NCBI RefSeq assembly: GCF_009834535.1
Contig: NC_045698.1
Coordinates: forward strand, 7,566,001 to 7,630,000
DNA: 64,000 nucleotides
DNA from: Camelus ferus
Taxonomy: Eukaryota
Direction: 5' to 3'
Part shown: positions 47,701-61,642 of the stretch, piece after piece
How positions within the stretch are numbered: position 1 is the first letter of the stretch
How the letters are laid out: each line of letters opens with the position of its first letter
Translations under genes and position numbers: made by a program
The notes under the pieces: model-generated
Told to the model about the DNA's origin: nothing
Seen by the model: only the letters and a program-made list of their open reading frames with translations
Database searches by the model: none

Positions 47701-50700
47701 CATGCTTTTCCCTACTATGCATTGGATTGTCATAAAGTTCTAACTGTTACAAGAGCCCCCTCTCATTTATTCAGCATGTTTCCCTAGCTCGTTGGTCTCA
47801 CTCTGTTGTCCTTTTGTAGCCAGAGTGTCCGTATTCTTTCTTCATCATCAGATGCTTGCAGACGGTTTCTAGGCCCTTTCAAGCCCTCATTTTCCCAGGG
47901 TACCCACCCCTGTTCTGTCCTGGGGTGATGTGCCCTGCATCCTCTGACCATAGTGGCCCATCCCCTCGGACCCTCCGGCTTGCTGATGAGCATCTTAAAC
48001 GTGCTGTCCTCAGTGTAAACTGGAATTGTACACAATCCTGCTCTAAACCTGCTGGCTTATTTGCTCAGAGTGAACAAAAATCTCCCAGTTACGTGTGCTT
48101 GCTATTCCATCAAGACGGATCACGCAGTTTCTGTTCTTTCCACATAAGTATATCAGAACAGAGGCTAAGCATACATTGCGGGCCAGAACTCAGTGTGTAT
48201 GCCAACCTAAAGGACATACTTCCACTGTCTAGCCCAGGGCAAAGTTACACACTGAGGCATGTGAGCCCAGTGTTCCAGGCAGTGCGAGGGCCCTGCTGCT
48301 GGGCCCCTGCCTGGGGTTTCCCGCTCACAGGGCAGTGCCAGCCCCAAACTCTCTCTTACGCAGGCCGCTCGCAGCGAGCAGGCCAGCAGCTGGGTCTGCC
48401 CGTCAGCGTGCTGGTTCCTTCCCCTCCCCTCCGTGTATCTGTAACCAGCAAGGACTTTCCTTCTCTCCGTCTCATCCTCTTACTTTAGTTTATGTAGCTG
48501 CCCCATAGGTCACTTTAGAATTCAAGAGATGGTCACTGTCTCAGTCCACGGTTTTATACTTGGCTTATTGACTATGGAGGAAATTGACATCACCAGACTG
48601 TGTGGGGCCATTCCCGCCGGGTTGGTTCACCATCTGCTATGGGACAAATGCCTCCTCTTAGCCCTCCCTCACTCCCTCCTTCCCTTGCAAACAGTGATGG
48701 GCTCCAGCTCCAGGCATTGTTCTGGATCCTGGGGACCCTGGAGTTGAACAAGATAAAGTTCCTGCTCTCAGGGACGTACGTCTGGTGCCAAACACGTAAA
48801 TCTATGAAGTATGCTCAGGTTGTGATAACTGCAATGATGGAAATAAAACAGGCTAATGAAGTGTGTGTGTGTGTATGCATGTGTGTCTGTGTGTGTTTGT
48901 GTGTGTGTCTCCTTCTCCCAGGTTCCTCCAGAGCTAAACCTTCCAGCTTCTAATTCGTGCTTTCTTAGCAGAGCTACGTCCTCCCGACACGGCTGAGGTC
49001 AGCACCCGCTCACCTGTCTCATTCTCCGTCATTTGCCAGGGGAGGTTCTGCAAAATGAGTTTTGAATTTATCAAGTGCTGGAATTAAAATTAGTAAATAT
49101 GCAATCAACCAACTTACGACTACAAGTGCCAATGTCTTCGCTAAGCCAGGCACGACTCTGGACGTGGGATATGGCACAACCTCTCTGAAGCCACCTCTGT
49201 TTTGTGAGAGTGGGCGGAAGCACAGCAGAGCCCTGGAGCAATTGCGGGTCGGCCTTTGTTTCCTGTTCCCCTGCCCTTTCATCTCCTCAGCCTGCCCCCG
49301 TCCACCTTTAGGCCACGTCATCTTGGATTCTCTCCACTGACCAAAACAAGAGAAGAGTGGCTATAATTTATGTATGGTTAGATGGGCAATCAGGGTCAGG
49401 GGTACTAGGCCTGGGACCCGCTATCCAGAAATCAACATGGTGTGTTTTTCTGTAGCCTCAACTGTTCTTATCCCTGAGGACCTTGAGTGTGGCCAGGCGA
49501 GCTGTAGGTCAGGGGCCCTGCAGGTCATCACACAAGGAAAGAGGAGCCGTGAGGCTAGCCCTGGCCCTGCCTATGTCGGCAAGGCTTGGACGAGGCAGCC
49601 AGGGGTGGGATTCATATCAGAATATACACTGTCTTTCCAAGGCTGGCAGAAGGCCCTCAAATCTGGTGAAGGAGTGAAGGCTCTTACCAGGCCCTTTGTT
49701 TCCCTGATGCTCAACAGGACAGAGCTGCCAGCTGTGTTGAATGTCCCAGACCCCCTACTCGAGCTTCAACTAAAGTGAAAATTCTCACAGGCTGGTTCTT
49801 TCTTCCTCTTTCTCCCTCCTTTCCTTCCTCCCCGCCCCCTTTTTTTTTTTAAACATTTTAGGCAATTAATCTCATATTGTGGAGTGGAAGGCCGTCGTCT
49901 CTTTAAAGGCTATTTCAGACATGAGCCGACTAATATGCCTGTTTCCTGGACAGTGGGCTCGGGGTCTGGGTGCTGCTCTGAGCCCGGTCTCCAGGTCACC
50001 CTGAAATCCTGCTCTGGGTGGAGCAATCCTCAGGGCAACCTCCCAGTCTGCCCCTGAGTAGCCACTGGATGCGGGTCAGGTTACCTTGTGTACCTGCTTC
50101 CAGGCTGCCGACCACGGGGCCCAAGCACGGGCTGAGGCATCCGGGTTCCCCCAGCTGCAGCTGCAGGCCCGGGGTCCACCATTCCTTGGAGTTCTGCCCT
50201 GTGAGGGGGCCCCTCCTTCCTGGCTTTCCCCACTGGCTCCTTCCCTTTGCTGCCTTCACAGAAGCTGGGGCTTCGCTCCATCACTCCTCTCCTTCCTTTA
50301 GCCTGTATTCTTCCCTCCTTCTGTGCAAAGATTTCCAGCTCTGCAGAGCTCATTTCCTGTGTCCCTCCTGTCCATCTTCTGTACCAAGTCTCCGCCTAGG
50401 TTCCTCCATGTACAGTGAGGCAGAGGCGACAGGAGACCGTCATTCCCGTTGCTTTGGACTTTTGGCCAAAATCGGAAGCAGGAAGCCGGAAGTGGGTAGA
50501 GTTGTTTGTGCTGCTTCAGGATTCCTTCCTTTGGGTCCAGGAAACTTCAACCTGGCCATGGCCAGGGAGACTAGGGATGCAGAGAATCTGAACGGTAGAG
50601 AATATTCAGGAAAATTGTTGACCAGGATACTATTTCAGCTACATAACAATGTGAGATAAGAAAAAATATCAGGGAGCTGCTGTAGAAATAGTCAATAACC

Positions 50701-50881
50701 ATTATTTGAATGAACGACTTACTATCCATGCCTACTTTTCACAGGATAAACACTTATGCACATTAGAAAGAAGTCTGCTTAGCTTTGAGGCAAGTTTTCT
50801 TCAAAAAAGTCAAATCTGGCTCAGACATGTCCCACCTTCCTGGTGTGTTGCTTGGGTTGCATGGTCTACAATCTAACCAGA

Positions 50882-51048
50882 GGGGGACAAGGTATAGCTC
50901 AGTGGAAGAGCACGTGCTTAGCCTGCACAGGGTCCTGGGTTCAATCCCTGGAGCCTCCATTAAATATAAACAAACAAACAAACAAACAAACAAACAAAGA
51001 ACCTGATCCCTCCCCTCTCCACGCACACACACACACACACACACACAC
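50882..51048 (+). mobile_element. tRNA-derived SINE (Vic-1-like) with (AAAC)n and (CA)n tail
   Basis: ggtatagctcagtggaagagcacgtgcttagcctgcacagggtcctgggttcaatccctgg. Confidence 0.88.
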
Positions 51049-51796
51049 AAATCAGATCCAACTAGAGAAACACTGGCCTGTAATGAACACGGAGTGGACA
51101 CTCTGCCGTGGACTTTTTATCAAACAGGCTATTTGTGTTTCCTCCTTTCCAAAGTTGATGTGTCATGGAAAAATTTGAGCACGAATAAAAATTTCCTGTC
51201 TTGTAGTATTTCAAAGGCCCTCTAAGATCCAGCTCTAAAGCATGCACCCTCAAAGGGGGTGGTACTGCACTCAGTGGGGTAAAACATCACACTCCATATA
51301 CATCATTTATACAGCTTTTTATGTACAAAGCACAGATATATACATATAATACATAAGTAGATATACAGTATGTCTTTAATATTAAAATTTCATTGAGGAG
51401 TGATTAGGATAAAAATGTCTAAAAAGACTTTTTTGGGGGAGTGGGGGGTGATGATGAAAAAAAGGTTGAGAAACACTACTCTAAGTGGATGCTTTTGTGA
51501 AGGTTTCTATTTTAAAAGATTACTTCTTAATTAATTTTTAAAATAGAAACTCAGATTTTCAGATCTTGAGCTGCTTAAAGCAAAACAGATCTAGGAAGCC
51601 ACTTACTGCTAGAAGGCAGCATTCATCCACCTTAGCCCCTGCACAGAGGGCCCCGGGAGAGTATTCCACTGGGGAAATCCATGCCATGATATTATAAAAT
51701 AATAAGGCTGCTTATTGTCCACCACTTGTAAAAGCAGTCTCATTATAATTTTATAGCCAGATCTCTTTGGTAATAATAGTACTGATAATTACAACA

Positions 51797-51930
51797 CTGT
51801 ATTTCATCAAACCAGGACTCAGTCAATTGTAAGATGTGCTATTAAAATTTGACACAATGCTAGGATGCTGTAGGCTAGGATGCACTGAAGAAATGTTAAA
51901 ATGTGCATTGTAGGATCAATGAAATGTGGA
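51797..51930. mobile_element. MER104-like Tc2 MITE
   Basis: Imperfect inverted termini ctgtatttcatcaaacc ... ggatcaatgaaatgtgg. Confidence 0.6.
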
Positions 51931-53982
51931 AATGATCTCTGACGACCACTGAACCTTCATCATGTGCCTAGCATATTTCATCGAGTACTTTCAACAGTGA
52001 TGCCTATGACATGTGATGATACTTAACCCTATTTTTCAAATGAAGACAGTTGAGATTCAGAGAGGTTAAGTTACTTGCCAGAGATTGCACAGCTCTAAAA
52101 TGGTGGAAGAAGGGATCAACTCGAGGACCCCAGGACGCTCATGCCTCAGCCTTCTGAGGACCACAAGGCTTCATCTTTCCCTGTTCTATCTCCTCCATTA
52201 ACCTGGAAAGGTAGATTCACCTTAGTTCTTTTGATGTACGAGTTGCCAGAAAAGTGCACAAAATAGAATGCTTGTATCTTTCAAATTCATAAAGGAGAAG
52301 TTCTTTTTAAAGGAATGCTCTGGGAAGAATGCTTTGGTAAGGTGGCATTCCAGTGCCGTCCTGACCTAACTTACCTTGGACTTGGGTTTTGTCCTGACTC
52401 CTCCCGACTCCCACGGTGGGACGGTGGCTGGAAGTTCACCTTTTTGAGTCCTGGAGTCCAGGCATCAGTCCTGAAGTTTGTGCCTCATAAATCCAGGCTC
52501 TGATAGTCCAGCAGTGTCATTAATAAACTCCTGACAGATGAGATATTAAACACACACTTCTAACAGGTTTATAGATTTCCACTTGGGATTTCTGCTGGGG
52601 GGGGGGTCTGTTTTTATCTTTCCTTTGCCTTTGTTTGAAATGCTCTTCTGTAAGGGATCTTGGCTACCTGGAGTATATTTATCTCATTCCGCTGGGACAC
52701 TTCCTTAATGGTATAGAGATAACCAGTTGTATAGTTTATATTGGAATGGAGGATTTTGCCTCCCTCAAGAATATTATAATCTTAACTTACTGTTTGAGGC
52801 TCCATTGCTTTTGGGTAAATACAAAAATGTGTTTTCTGTTCCCCTATTCCAGCGAGCAGTTTTTCAAATGGACTGTAACAGAAGCTTCCTCTGTTTGCAT
52901 TGCAAGTCATCTCAGGTTTACATTCAGAAAACCTAATAAAAATCGGAGCTGCAAACAATTGGGCAAAAGCAGAGGAATGAAAAGAAGATTTTGAGGGGGG
53001 ATTCTGCACAACAATGGCACAAGGCTGTCGCTTGCAGAAGGACTTAGCTTTTTCTCAGGAGGGGGGAGTTTGACTCTGTCCACCCCGAGGAGTCCCTCCA
53101 GAGGGTTCAGACGACCCTGAATCCTTCATGCAAAGCTACCCTGTACATCTGAGGCCGAGAATCCTTCCGCCTGACCTTAGGTAGATTGGGGTGCCTTTCT
53201 AGTAAGTTCTTCTTTTCTGACTTCATGTGACATAAAGCTGTTTGAAGTTATTTTAAACCCAAACAGACAAAAATTTCCTAAGAGGTGATGTCTCCCTGAG
53301 CTTACTCAGTAATATTTATTCTGCCAATTCCTGGACAGAAAAAAAAAATTCTGCCTACATTCACTATACATTTTGGCAAAAGTCAATAGAGTTTCTTTTC
53401 CCCCTACGAGTTCTCCTTGGTTTTAGTTTACTTGAGTACACACTGCCAGTTGAACAAATAAACTCTGGCCAGTATCTCGGCTAGTGTTGCAGTGCTGTTT
53501 CCTGCTGGGGTTTGGTATCATTGCCTTGTAACTGGGAAGCCATTCCTGTGTTCACAAGACCTGTGATTCCCTGGCACGTGAGCGCCTGAGCTCGCCGCAG
53601 CTGATCCCAGACGTCTCTTCCCGACCACGCTTCTAGTGACGTGACGACGGAGCTTGAAACTGGTCTCCACGGAGTACTTACACCACAGACATTGGCAAGC
53701 CCTACGGAGCATGGCCTCCCTCTGCTCCCTGGGGCCTTCTGTTGAGTGCTTACAGCTCTCCCGTTTCTGTGGCTGTCAAATCTCAGGGGCTCAAGTCCTA
53801 GAAGACACGTTACACATGCGGGACAAAGAGTCACCGTAGAGGGAACCTGGTTTGGGGCATCACCAACAGATGAGTAGGCTGGACATGCCTCCTGCCGCTG
53901 CCCATGCCACCGCCCAGCGGACGTTGTTCGTGTGCACACCTCTGTGTGTGTGTGTGCGTGTGTGTGCGTGTGTGTGCACACG

Positions 53983-54458
53983 TGTTAACAAAGTCCAAGC
54001 TCATACTGCTCACCACAGGACAGGCCAATAAATCGAGAGACAAGTTGCCAGGGCAAGGAATAGTGACTTTATTTGGAAAACCAGCAGACCAAGAAGATGG
54101 TGGACTAGTGTTCCAAAGGACTACCTTGCCTGAGTTAGAGTTCAGGCTTCTTTTACACTAAAAGGGGAGGGAGTAAAGTCAAACATTTCCTGGTTCCAGT
54201 GAGCCCCCGGAGGGATGTGTTAATTTTTCCCTTCCGTCATTCACATGTGGACCTGGTCAGGATGTTTCCTACGAGCTAAACAAATGTATTTTAGCTTAAT
54301 GCTCCTTACCTGGGAGGCAGGGTTCCCAGAGATGGGTTATTATGTATAATTTAGGCTTAAAGGCAACATCTTTTTAGAGATAAACAGGCACTAGAATACA
54401 AAGCGGAAAGTAAAGAAACAGATCCAGTACGGAGTCCGGTTTGTTCCTCCCCATCACA
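53983..54458 (-). mobile_element. ERV1 solo LTR
   Basis: TGTTA...ATCACA termini, 4-bp TSD CACG (53979-53982 / 54459-54462), minus-strand AATAAA at ~54068-54073. Confidence 0.85.
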
Positions 54459-57400
54459 CACGTGCACACGTGTGTGAGCCTCTGTGTGTGTGAGTGGGCA
54501 GCCCCTGACCTCCTGCACAGTGTCTCTTTCCTTCTCACCCCCTTTCCCTCCTACCTGAGCCTGTCAGAACAGGTTGGGCATTCGTTAGCCATGCAGATGG
54601 GCTGCTCAGAGCCAGACATGTCCTTGAAGAATGATTCTCTAGAATATGAGACTGGGGGAAGCCCCTGTCACATCCTCCCCCTTCTGTCCTCTGCTCCTTC
54701 CTGCCCATTAAACTGAACATTCAGGGACCTCTAAACAGGAGAAGACGTGCTGGCTGGGAGGCTGGCCTGGAATGAGGGAGGACGAGATCTGATGTCGCCT
54801 GTCCCCCGGGCAGCGGAGGGGCGCCTGGACTGGCCATGTGTCAGAACCTCCGCTTCTCTAGGCTTCTTCTGCTGGGCCTCCTCTTCTTCCCACCACTGAA
54901 AACTCAGATTGACCTCAGGCACCTGAACCTTCATGCAGCTCTTGGCTTTTGTCTGACCTCTGTTGCTGCTGCATAGGCTATTTGGGGTGGAGACATGAGT
55001 CACCAAGCAGAGTGAGAGAAGCTGGCCGGAGCCCCAGCCTCCTCTTTGCATCTTGGAGCTGAGCTGCAGCAGCCCTTACAGGCTCTTATGATTTGTCTGC
55101 ATTTGTCTACGATCCTTGTGCATCAGAGATACCTTAAACCTCACGAGGATCCACTGGGATAGGTCACTCCTATTCCTATTTCATGGGTGGGGAGACTGAG
55201 GTTCTAAGACATGAAGTAACTTGTCCAAAATCTCACAGCCAGCAAGTGTCAGAGGCAGAATCAGAGGCAGGCGGAAGTCCCAGACCTTCAGCCATATCTG
55301 TAGTCCATCTCTCAAGGGCCAGAAGCAGCTCTTCAGTGGCTCTGCCAGTTTCTGTGGCTCTCTCCTCCACCAGTTCTGTATTTCAGATGTAACCATAGCA
55401 AGCTGCTTTCCCAGGCCAGCAGGGGAATCCACTTCTGCAGGGACCTTAGGTCTCCTTGCACTGCACGCCCTAATGTTGCTGGACCCAGGAGAAGGCTGCC
55501 TGCTCAGACTCCACAGGCAAGGCTGGAGGAGGGGGGTCCATCCCTCCATCTGTCCATCCAGCCCCTTGCTCTTTCCCAGGGGGGAAACTGGAACCCAGCA
55601 AGCAGAGATTTGCCCAAGGCAGGGCGTGGACTTCACGCTCAACCAAGCTGGCTCAGGCTGGTCCTGGATGCTTCCTTGACCTCAGAGGCCATTGTGGGCT
55701 CTGCTGGGAGGTGGGGGGGGGTGGGTGCACGAGAACCCTTGGAAGGTGACAGGGGATCACCCACGGCCCCTGGGAGGAGCCATAGAAGAACCTCAGGGCC
55801 TGTCTAAGCAGAGACGCAAAAATGTCCCAGGTAAGTGGTGGGGCCGTGGAAGGCCACAAAGTGTGGACATTAGTGATGTGATCATGAAACCCATGGCTGC
55901 TGGGACCCCCCTTTTGTCCCTGCCACCCACCCCCACCTTGCCACCCCGACCGTAACCTCTCAGAACCATCTCAGGGTTAGAGGGAGATTTTTACTTCCAA
56001 GGTGATGCCTTCCAAAGCAGGTGCTCAAAGCGTCTGGTAACCGATGAATGAAGCAAAGAGGAATAAACAGCGGCAGTGTTGACGGCGCACCTGCTCCGCG
56101 GTCGTCCTTGGCTTCCTTTTCCGGCTCACACTGCTCCCGGCGAGAGGAAGCCCAGCCTTGACCAAACAAAGCCTCAGTTATATCCCTTTTCTTAACTGGA
56201 ATCGCGTGTTAGTCTGAGCACGGCTGTCAGTGCTGCCTGCCTGGGGGAGGGGACTACGCTGGAATTTTACAAGTTTATGAATTCTGTATTTTTTCGATTT
56301 TTAGCAGGGTCTCCAGGCTGATTCCTGGAGCAACAGTTGTTCTAAAGATAACATTTTTATTAAAAAAAAAAAAAACTCTTTATAATGGAACAACGGCACT
56401 GACATCACTGGATTCACGGAGAGGTGTCTGTTTGTCCCACTTGTTTACTGTTGGTAGGTGTGAGATCAAGCTGGCTTGTCACTAGTCCATAAAAATTGTG
56501 ACTATTGGTATTCAGGTAATTACAGAAATATATTCAGAATAACATAGTTCAGATGTTGGATTTTCCCCAACAGTTTGTTTTAGTTTCAAATAGAAGAATG
56601 TCAAGCTTCAAAATACTCTGTAGCTCTGAGGGGGCTGGTTGGAAATAATGATGCTCCCTTTGTGTAACAGAACATGTGGAAGAGAGAGCCTGTTCTCCTT
56701 TGCTTCAGTAGAAGAGGCGTTCTCGAGCAGAACAGCTCAGATGAAACTGCCGTCTGCCCTCTGCATCGGGGTTCTCAAAAGTGTCCTGAATAAAACTCAA
56801 TGACAAATCTCAGAATGTTCTGAGGTGCACTTGTAGGTGTAAGGATGACACACAACAATGTGTGTAAAGCCCCCCCCCCCCGGGCGAGCGTGAGCTGCAT
56901 CCGGATATGATGACCGTTCCAGACCCCCCAGATAGCATTGCGCCCCAAGGTGCCAATAGCCCTGACCTTGACTGGAGCCATTGTCCTTGGTCTATTCTTC
57001 ATTTTTTCAAGTGTAGGGATTGCTACCCTCGCTCATGCAGAAATACCCCCTTGACCGGGTCATCACCACAGACGTCTCAGCGGGCGCTTTTCTAGTGATG
57101 CTGCCCAGTGTGCATTCACGGGTCTTAGGACCGACCTGTAATTAGTTGTAGGACTAAGGCAATCTTACAAACAGATTTCTCTCAGCCCTCAAAATTCAAC
57201 CCATGTAAGGACCTCCGTTCTTCACCCCTCCCTCTTCCAAGTCTCTTGCCGTGTGACTTTGCAGTTCTGCTTATCCAGAGGTGACACAGAGCCTTGTGGC
57301 CCTCGCTGGTGTAAAGAATGCGTGGGTGAGGCCAGGTGGCAGGGCTGCGCCCGGGCCTCTAGAAGCCCCACGCACTTCTGATCCCTCTCACGTGTCTCTG

Positions 57401-57629
57401 TTTTGCTATGAGAACGTGGCTAGGCTAGCGTCTTTGAGGATGAAAGGCTATACGTGGTACAGCCAAGTTGTCCCAGCCCAAGGCCATCCTAGACCAGCCC
57501 ATCAGAGGCACCCTGCCTGCTAATTGAAGGCATACGAGTGTGGCCAACCAAGGACACCCAAGCTCAGCCCGGCTAAATCAGCAATGACATATGATTGTAG
57601 TTTTAAGGCACAAGATTTGGGGGCATTTT

Positions 57630-58250
57630 TGTAACTGCAGGACCCAATGGGGCCTTCCTGGGATGGACACTCCCCACCCTGCCATGTCCTCCACTTGCTT
57701 CCTGTCTGTAGAAAAACTTTAGCCTCCTAGGCCTCCTCAAGTTTCAAAGAATAAATTTGATTAGAGAAGTGAGAAAATGCAGAAAAGAAAAGATAGTCAA
57801 GCAAGACAAAATAATAACAGTTCAGCCATTAAGCAACGTCAGGGACCTTTAGTTCCTCCATAAGAGCTAGAGATAATATTCTGAGCCACATCCTTTGAGC
57901 TGTTTTGCAGACACTGAGACCCCCACCAGGTGGGATAAGTGAACTGTGCGCTGGTAGGCCCAGACTGGTTGGAACCAGAAGTTTGATGATACTGCCTCCC
58001 ACTGACCTCATCACCAACCAATCAGAAGAACCCACGAGCTGATCACACACCCCACAACCCCCTCCCTCACCTTGTCTTTAGAAACCTTACTCTGGAAGCC
58101 ACTGGGGAGTTTGGGTCTTTTGAGCACTAGCTGCCCGGACGCCTTGCTTGGCACCTGCAGTGAATGCTGCACTTTCCTTCATCACAACCTGGGGTCAGTA
58201 GGTTGGCGTTACTGCATGTGGGCAAGTGGACCCCAGTTTGGTTTGTTACT
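57630..58250 (+). mobile_element. ERV1 solo LTR (MER39/MER50-like) nested in an MLT1 3' end
   Basis: Starts tgtaac, CCAAT box (accaatcag ~58016-58024), ends gtggaccccagtttggtttg. Flanks join to an MLT1 terminus (...ttttaaggcacaagatttgggg / ...taactgataca). Confidence 0.75.
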
Positions 58251-58699
58251 TGTCAATAACTGATACACCTGGAACACAGTAAGCGTCTGCAAGCATGGCT
58301 AATATTTTTAGCTTTTTAAGTTCAGCTCATCAGATAAGTCTTGGCTCCACCATTGAGAGCTCTGTTCTTCACATTGAGACCCCTTCCTGCGGGACCCTCC
58401 TCTCCAGCCCTGGTTTGCCTCTGCTCTCGTGCTAAGCATGTGTATCAGTCAGCTTCACAGACAGTGAACAACCTCCACCCCCTGCTTTCACTTCCCAATA
58501 CAGAGTTCAAGAAAAAAAAAACAAAAACCAAAGGGCTTCCTCCTAGTGGGAGAAAGGGTGGGTATATTAAATTCCCGGAGCCACACTAAATTTACACAAA
58601 AATTACAAAATGAGAGGCAACTTGGTTCCAGGCACTGCTGTTTGGCATTAATCTGACCTCCCTTTATTTATTTCTTTTTTAAAAAAAATATTTTATTAT

Positions 58700-58865
58700 T
58701 TTGTTTGTGGGGTCTTCTTTGTTTTGTTTTGTTTCTGTTTTTCTTGGGGGGCAGTAATTAGGTTTATTTATTTAGTTAGTTATTTTAATGGAGGGACTGG
58801 GGATTGAATCCAGGACCTCATGCATGCTAAGCATGTGCTCTAGCACTGAGATACACCCGCCCCCC
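58700..58865 (-). mobile_element. tRNA-derived SINE (Vic-1-like)
   Basis: taattaggtttattta...taatggagggactggggattgaatccaggacctcatgcatgctaagcatg. Confidence 0.88.
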
Positions 58866-59754
58866 ATTTCTTTTAAGCAGAGGCAGGAACATCAGTCCTC
58901 ATCCTCACAGTTGTCCCAGGCAAGGCCCCAAACGCTGAGCACAAAGGGAAGACAGAGTGAAAACATGTGGAACAGAATCAAATTAGATGGAGAGCAACTG
59001 TCTAATTCGGGGTTTGATTTCTGCTAGTGCCAGATACCTGCCCTTTGACCTTGGCCCAGCAAGTCATCCTGTCTAAATGTGTTTCTTCTGTAAAATAGGA
59101 GTCGTTTTGTCTGCTCTATTTATCTCACACATCGTTGCGAGGACTGAATTAGATGGCCTGTTGAAATGCTTTGTAAACTATGGAGAACTCTGTGGTGCAA
59201 TGTGAGGCACTGTCGTGGTTGCTCCTGTTTCAGGTCCAGCGGGGAGACCAGATCTGGGAAGACTGGCAGACGGCCCAGGGTGGTGGGGCGGGGAGGCTGA
59301 CTTGTCTCTTTATCAGCAGATAACGTGGGCAAAGCATTGTGACTCACATCGGAAAAGAAGTCTGGCGAACACAAAAGAAATAGTCTGGAGAGAGCTGACG
59401 AGCCCACAGTTGGAATTTTGCTTTGAGGTTTAGAAACACGAGCACCAGGATGCCGAAAGCATTGGAAAGAGTCCAGGGAAAAGCCACGTGAGTCGCTCCA
59501 GACAGAAGGGCCAGCTTGGGAGGGAGCTGGCATGAGATGTGTGAGCTTTGGCTCCCAGGAAATCGCACTTGTTTTCCCAGGTTCTTCTAAGAGGAGGCTG
59601 TTTCAGGAATGTGTAACTTGCTCTGGGGTGGGGAGTGCTGGTGTACAGAGCCCTGCACAGGACGTCCTAACTCCACCCCTCGTCTGGGTGAAGAAGACAG
59701 AGACGCACCAGAGGAAGAGGTGCCGATCTTTTCCCACAGGGACCAAAGAGAGTT

Positions 59755-60190
59755 ATGCTAGTTAGGGTACTTTTGGCTGCAATAACAGACAGCTAACAAG
59801 GTTAAGGTCATTTCTTACCCTTAAAAAGAAGTCTTGAAATAGCCCAGTACCAGGACTGGTTAAAACAGCAGCTCAACAAAATCATCTATGACTCAGTTTA
59901 TTCCACCTTCCCTCTCTGCTACCCTTGGTGGCTTGGCTTGGCTTCTCCTTTTAAGCTGGCTTTCAAAGAGGGATCCTATGACTATCAGCATGCCACAGAG
60001 ATGACAGCATCACCACCCTTCTGTGAGAGCAGGAAATAATTTCCCAGATATTTCCCACAGATTCCTCCTCCCGGTACACTTGGTCAATACTGCGTCCTTT
60101 TTCCAAACCTAAGTCAGTCACCCACAAGGGGAGTAAAGTGGCAGTTACTGGCTTAGACCAATCACGATTCTCCCTGGAACTTGAGATAGC
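59755..60190 (-). mobile_element. Old MaLR LTR relic (MLT1K/J-like)
   Basis: agttagggtacttttggctgcaataacag...ctggcttagaccaatcacgatt. Confidence 0.55.
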
Positions 60191-61176
60191 CTGGTCCACA
60201 GAAGAACAAGACCTTCCAATCCCTCAGCACCGTTGGGATTCTGATGGCAGGCGAGGAGGCAAGGCCTGCTGGGCATCAGCCAAGGACAGCTGCACCCCTC
60301 TGGTCCACGTGACTCATGGATGAGGCTCTTCAAAATGGGACATGTAACAGACAGGATGCTGTCAGTGCGAGAGAACAGCCAACACGTGCTGGGCAGTTGC
60401 TCTGCACCAGGTGGAGTGGTCAGCACTTTATAGACGTCATCTCAGTCAGTCATCTCCCCTTTGGGAGAAGAGGACTGGAACTTGAGTAGCCAGATCTCCT
60501 TGGAAGTGTCCAAGGTGCATCCTTCTTACATCAAATTGCTCTCTCTAAACAGCTGTTTTGTTGTCGTTCTGGTACATTTCATCTTCTCTTTCTAGCAGCT
60601 GCCCTCACCTTTGACCACTGGGATTTCTCCCCTGGGTTGTTTCCTTGGATGTTGTCCTCAACGCACATGCCCAGGGCTCAGGGAGACAGTCCAATGATAT
60701 AAAAAGCCAGCCCAGAAGGGAAAGTCCTTTGAAGTTCCACTATTACTTATTATTTTGATTATTTTGAATTGGCACAGAATTTTTTTTAAAAAGCCACACA
60801 AGATAAAAGCACTGTTACAAAATGCCTCCAACACTAGTCCCTGCTCAAATCTTCTCTCCTGCCGCTCCATTCTTCCGGGCCTATTTATTGATGAGCTATT
60901 ATATGCAAAGGTCCACGCAAGTTTCAAGCCGGCTCGTGGAGTTTCGTGGTGCTTCATGGTGTTATCTGTGGCTCCTTCCTTTCCCACTTCACCAACATCC
61001 GTCAGTGCCAAGTCCTAAGTGCCCATCTTCACACAACTTCCTCAGGCCATCCTCCTCTATCCATTCTTTGTTTCTCACTGGACCCATAGTGCTGGCCTCC
61101 AGGGGCCTCCCAGTCTCCACTGCCTTCTTGCTCTGTTTGTCTCCATCCTCCCTGAGGGTATTTATCGCATAGACTA

Positions 61177-61582
61177 CATTATGGGCTAAACTCTGACCCC
61201 CGCCCCCAATCCTACATCGAAGTCCTAACACGGAGCATCTCTGAATGTGATTGTATTTGGAGATAAGGCCTTTAAAGAGGTGGTTAAGTTAAAATGAAGC
61301 CATTAGGGTGGGCCATAATCCAATATGACTGCTGTCCTTGTAAGGACCAGAGGAGATTGGGGCACAGACATGTGCAAGCAGGGAAGACCTTGTGAAGAAA
61401 CCTAAGAGAAGACGGCCGTCTGAAGCCAGAGAGGGGCCAGGAAGGAGGACACAGAAGAAACCAACCCTGCCGCCACCCTGATCTTGGACTTCCAGCCTCC
61501 GGAAGGGTGAGACAATAAACTCCCGTTGTTTTAGCTGCCTAGTGTGTGGTGCTTCCTATGGAATCCCTAGGAAATGAATACA
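61177..61582 (+). mobile_element. MaLR solo LTR (MLT1B-like)
   Basis: gtatttggagataaggcctttaaagaggt...agggtgggccataatccaatatgact...ctaggaaatgaataca; probable TSD GACTA/GACCA. Confidence 0.88.
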
Positions 61583-61642
61583 GACCACCGATGATCAAGT
61601 CACTCATTTATTCAAAAACTTTTTAATGGCTTCTAGCTTCTT

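Noticed and set aside
50882..50960. tRNA-Ala-like sequences as tRNA genes
   Set aside because: Diverged, carry A-rich tails and in several cases TSDs; these are SINE copies.
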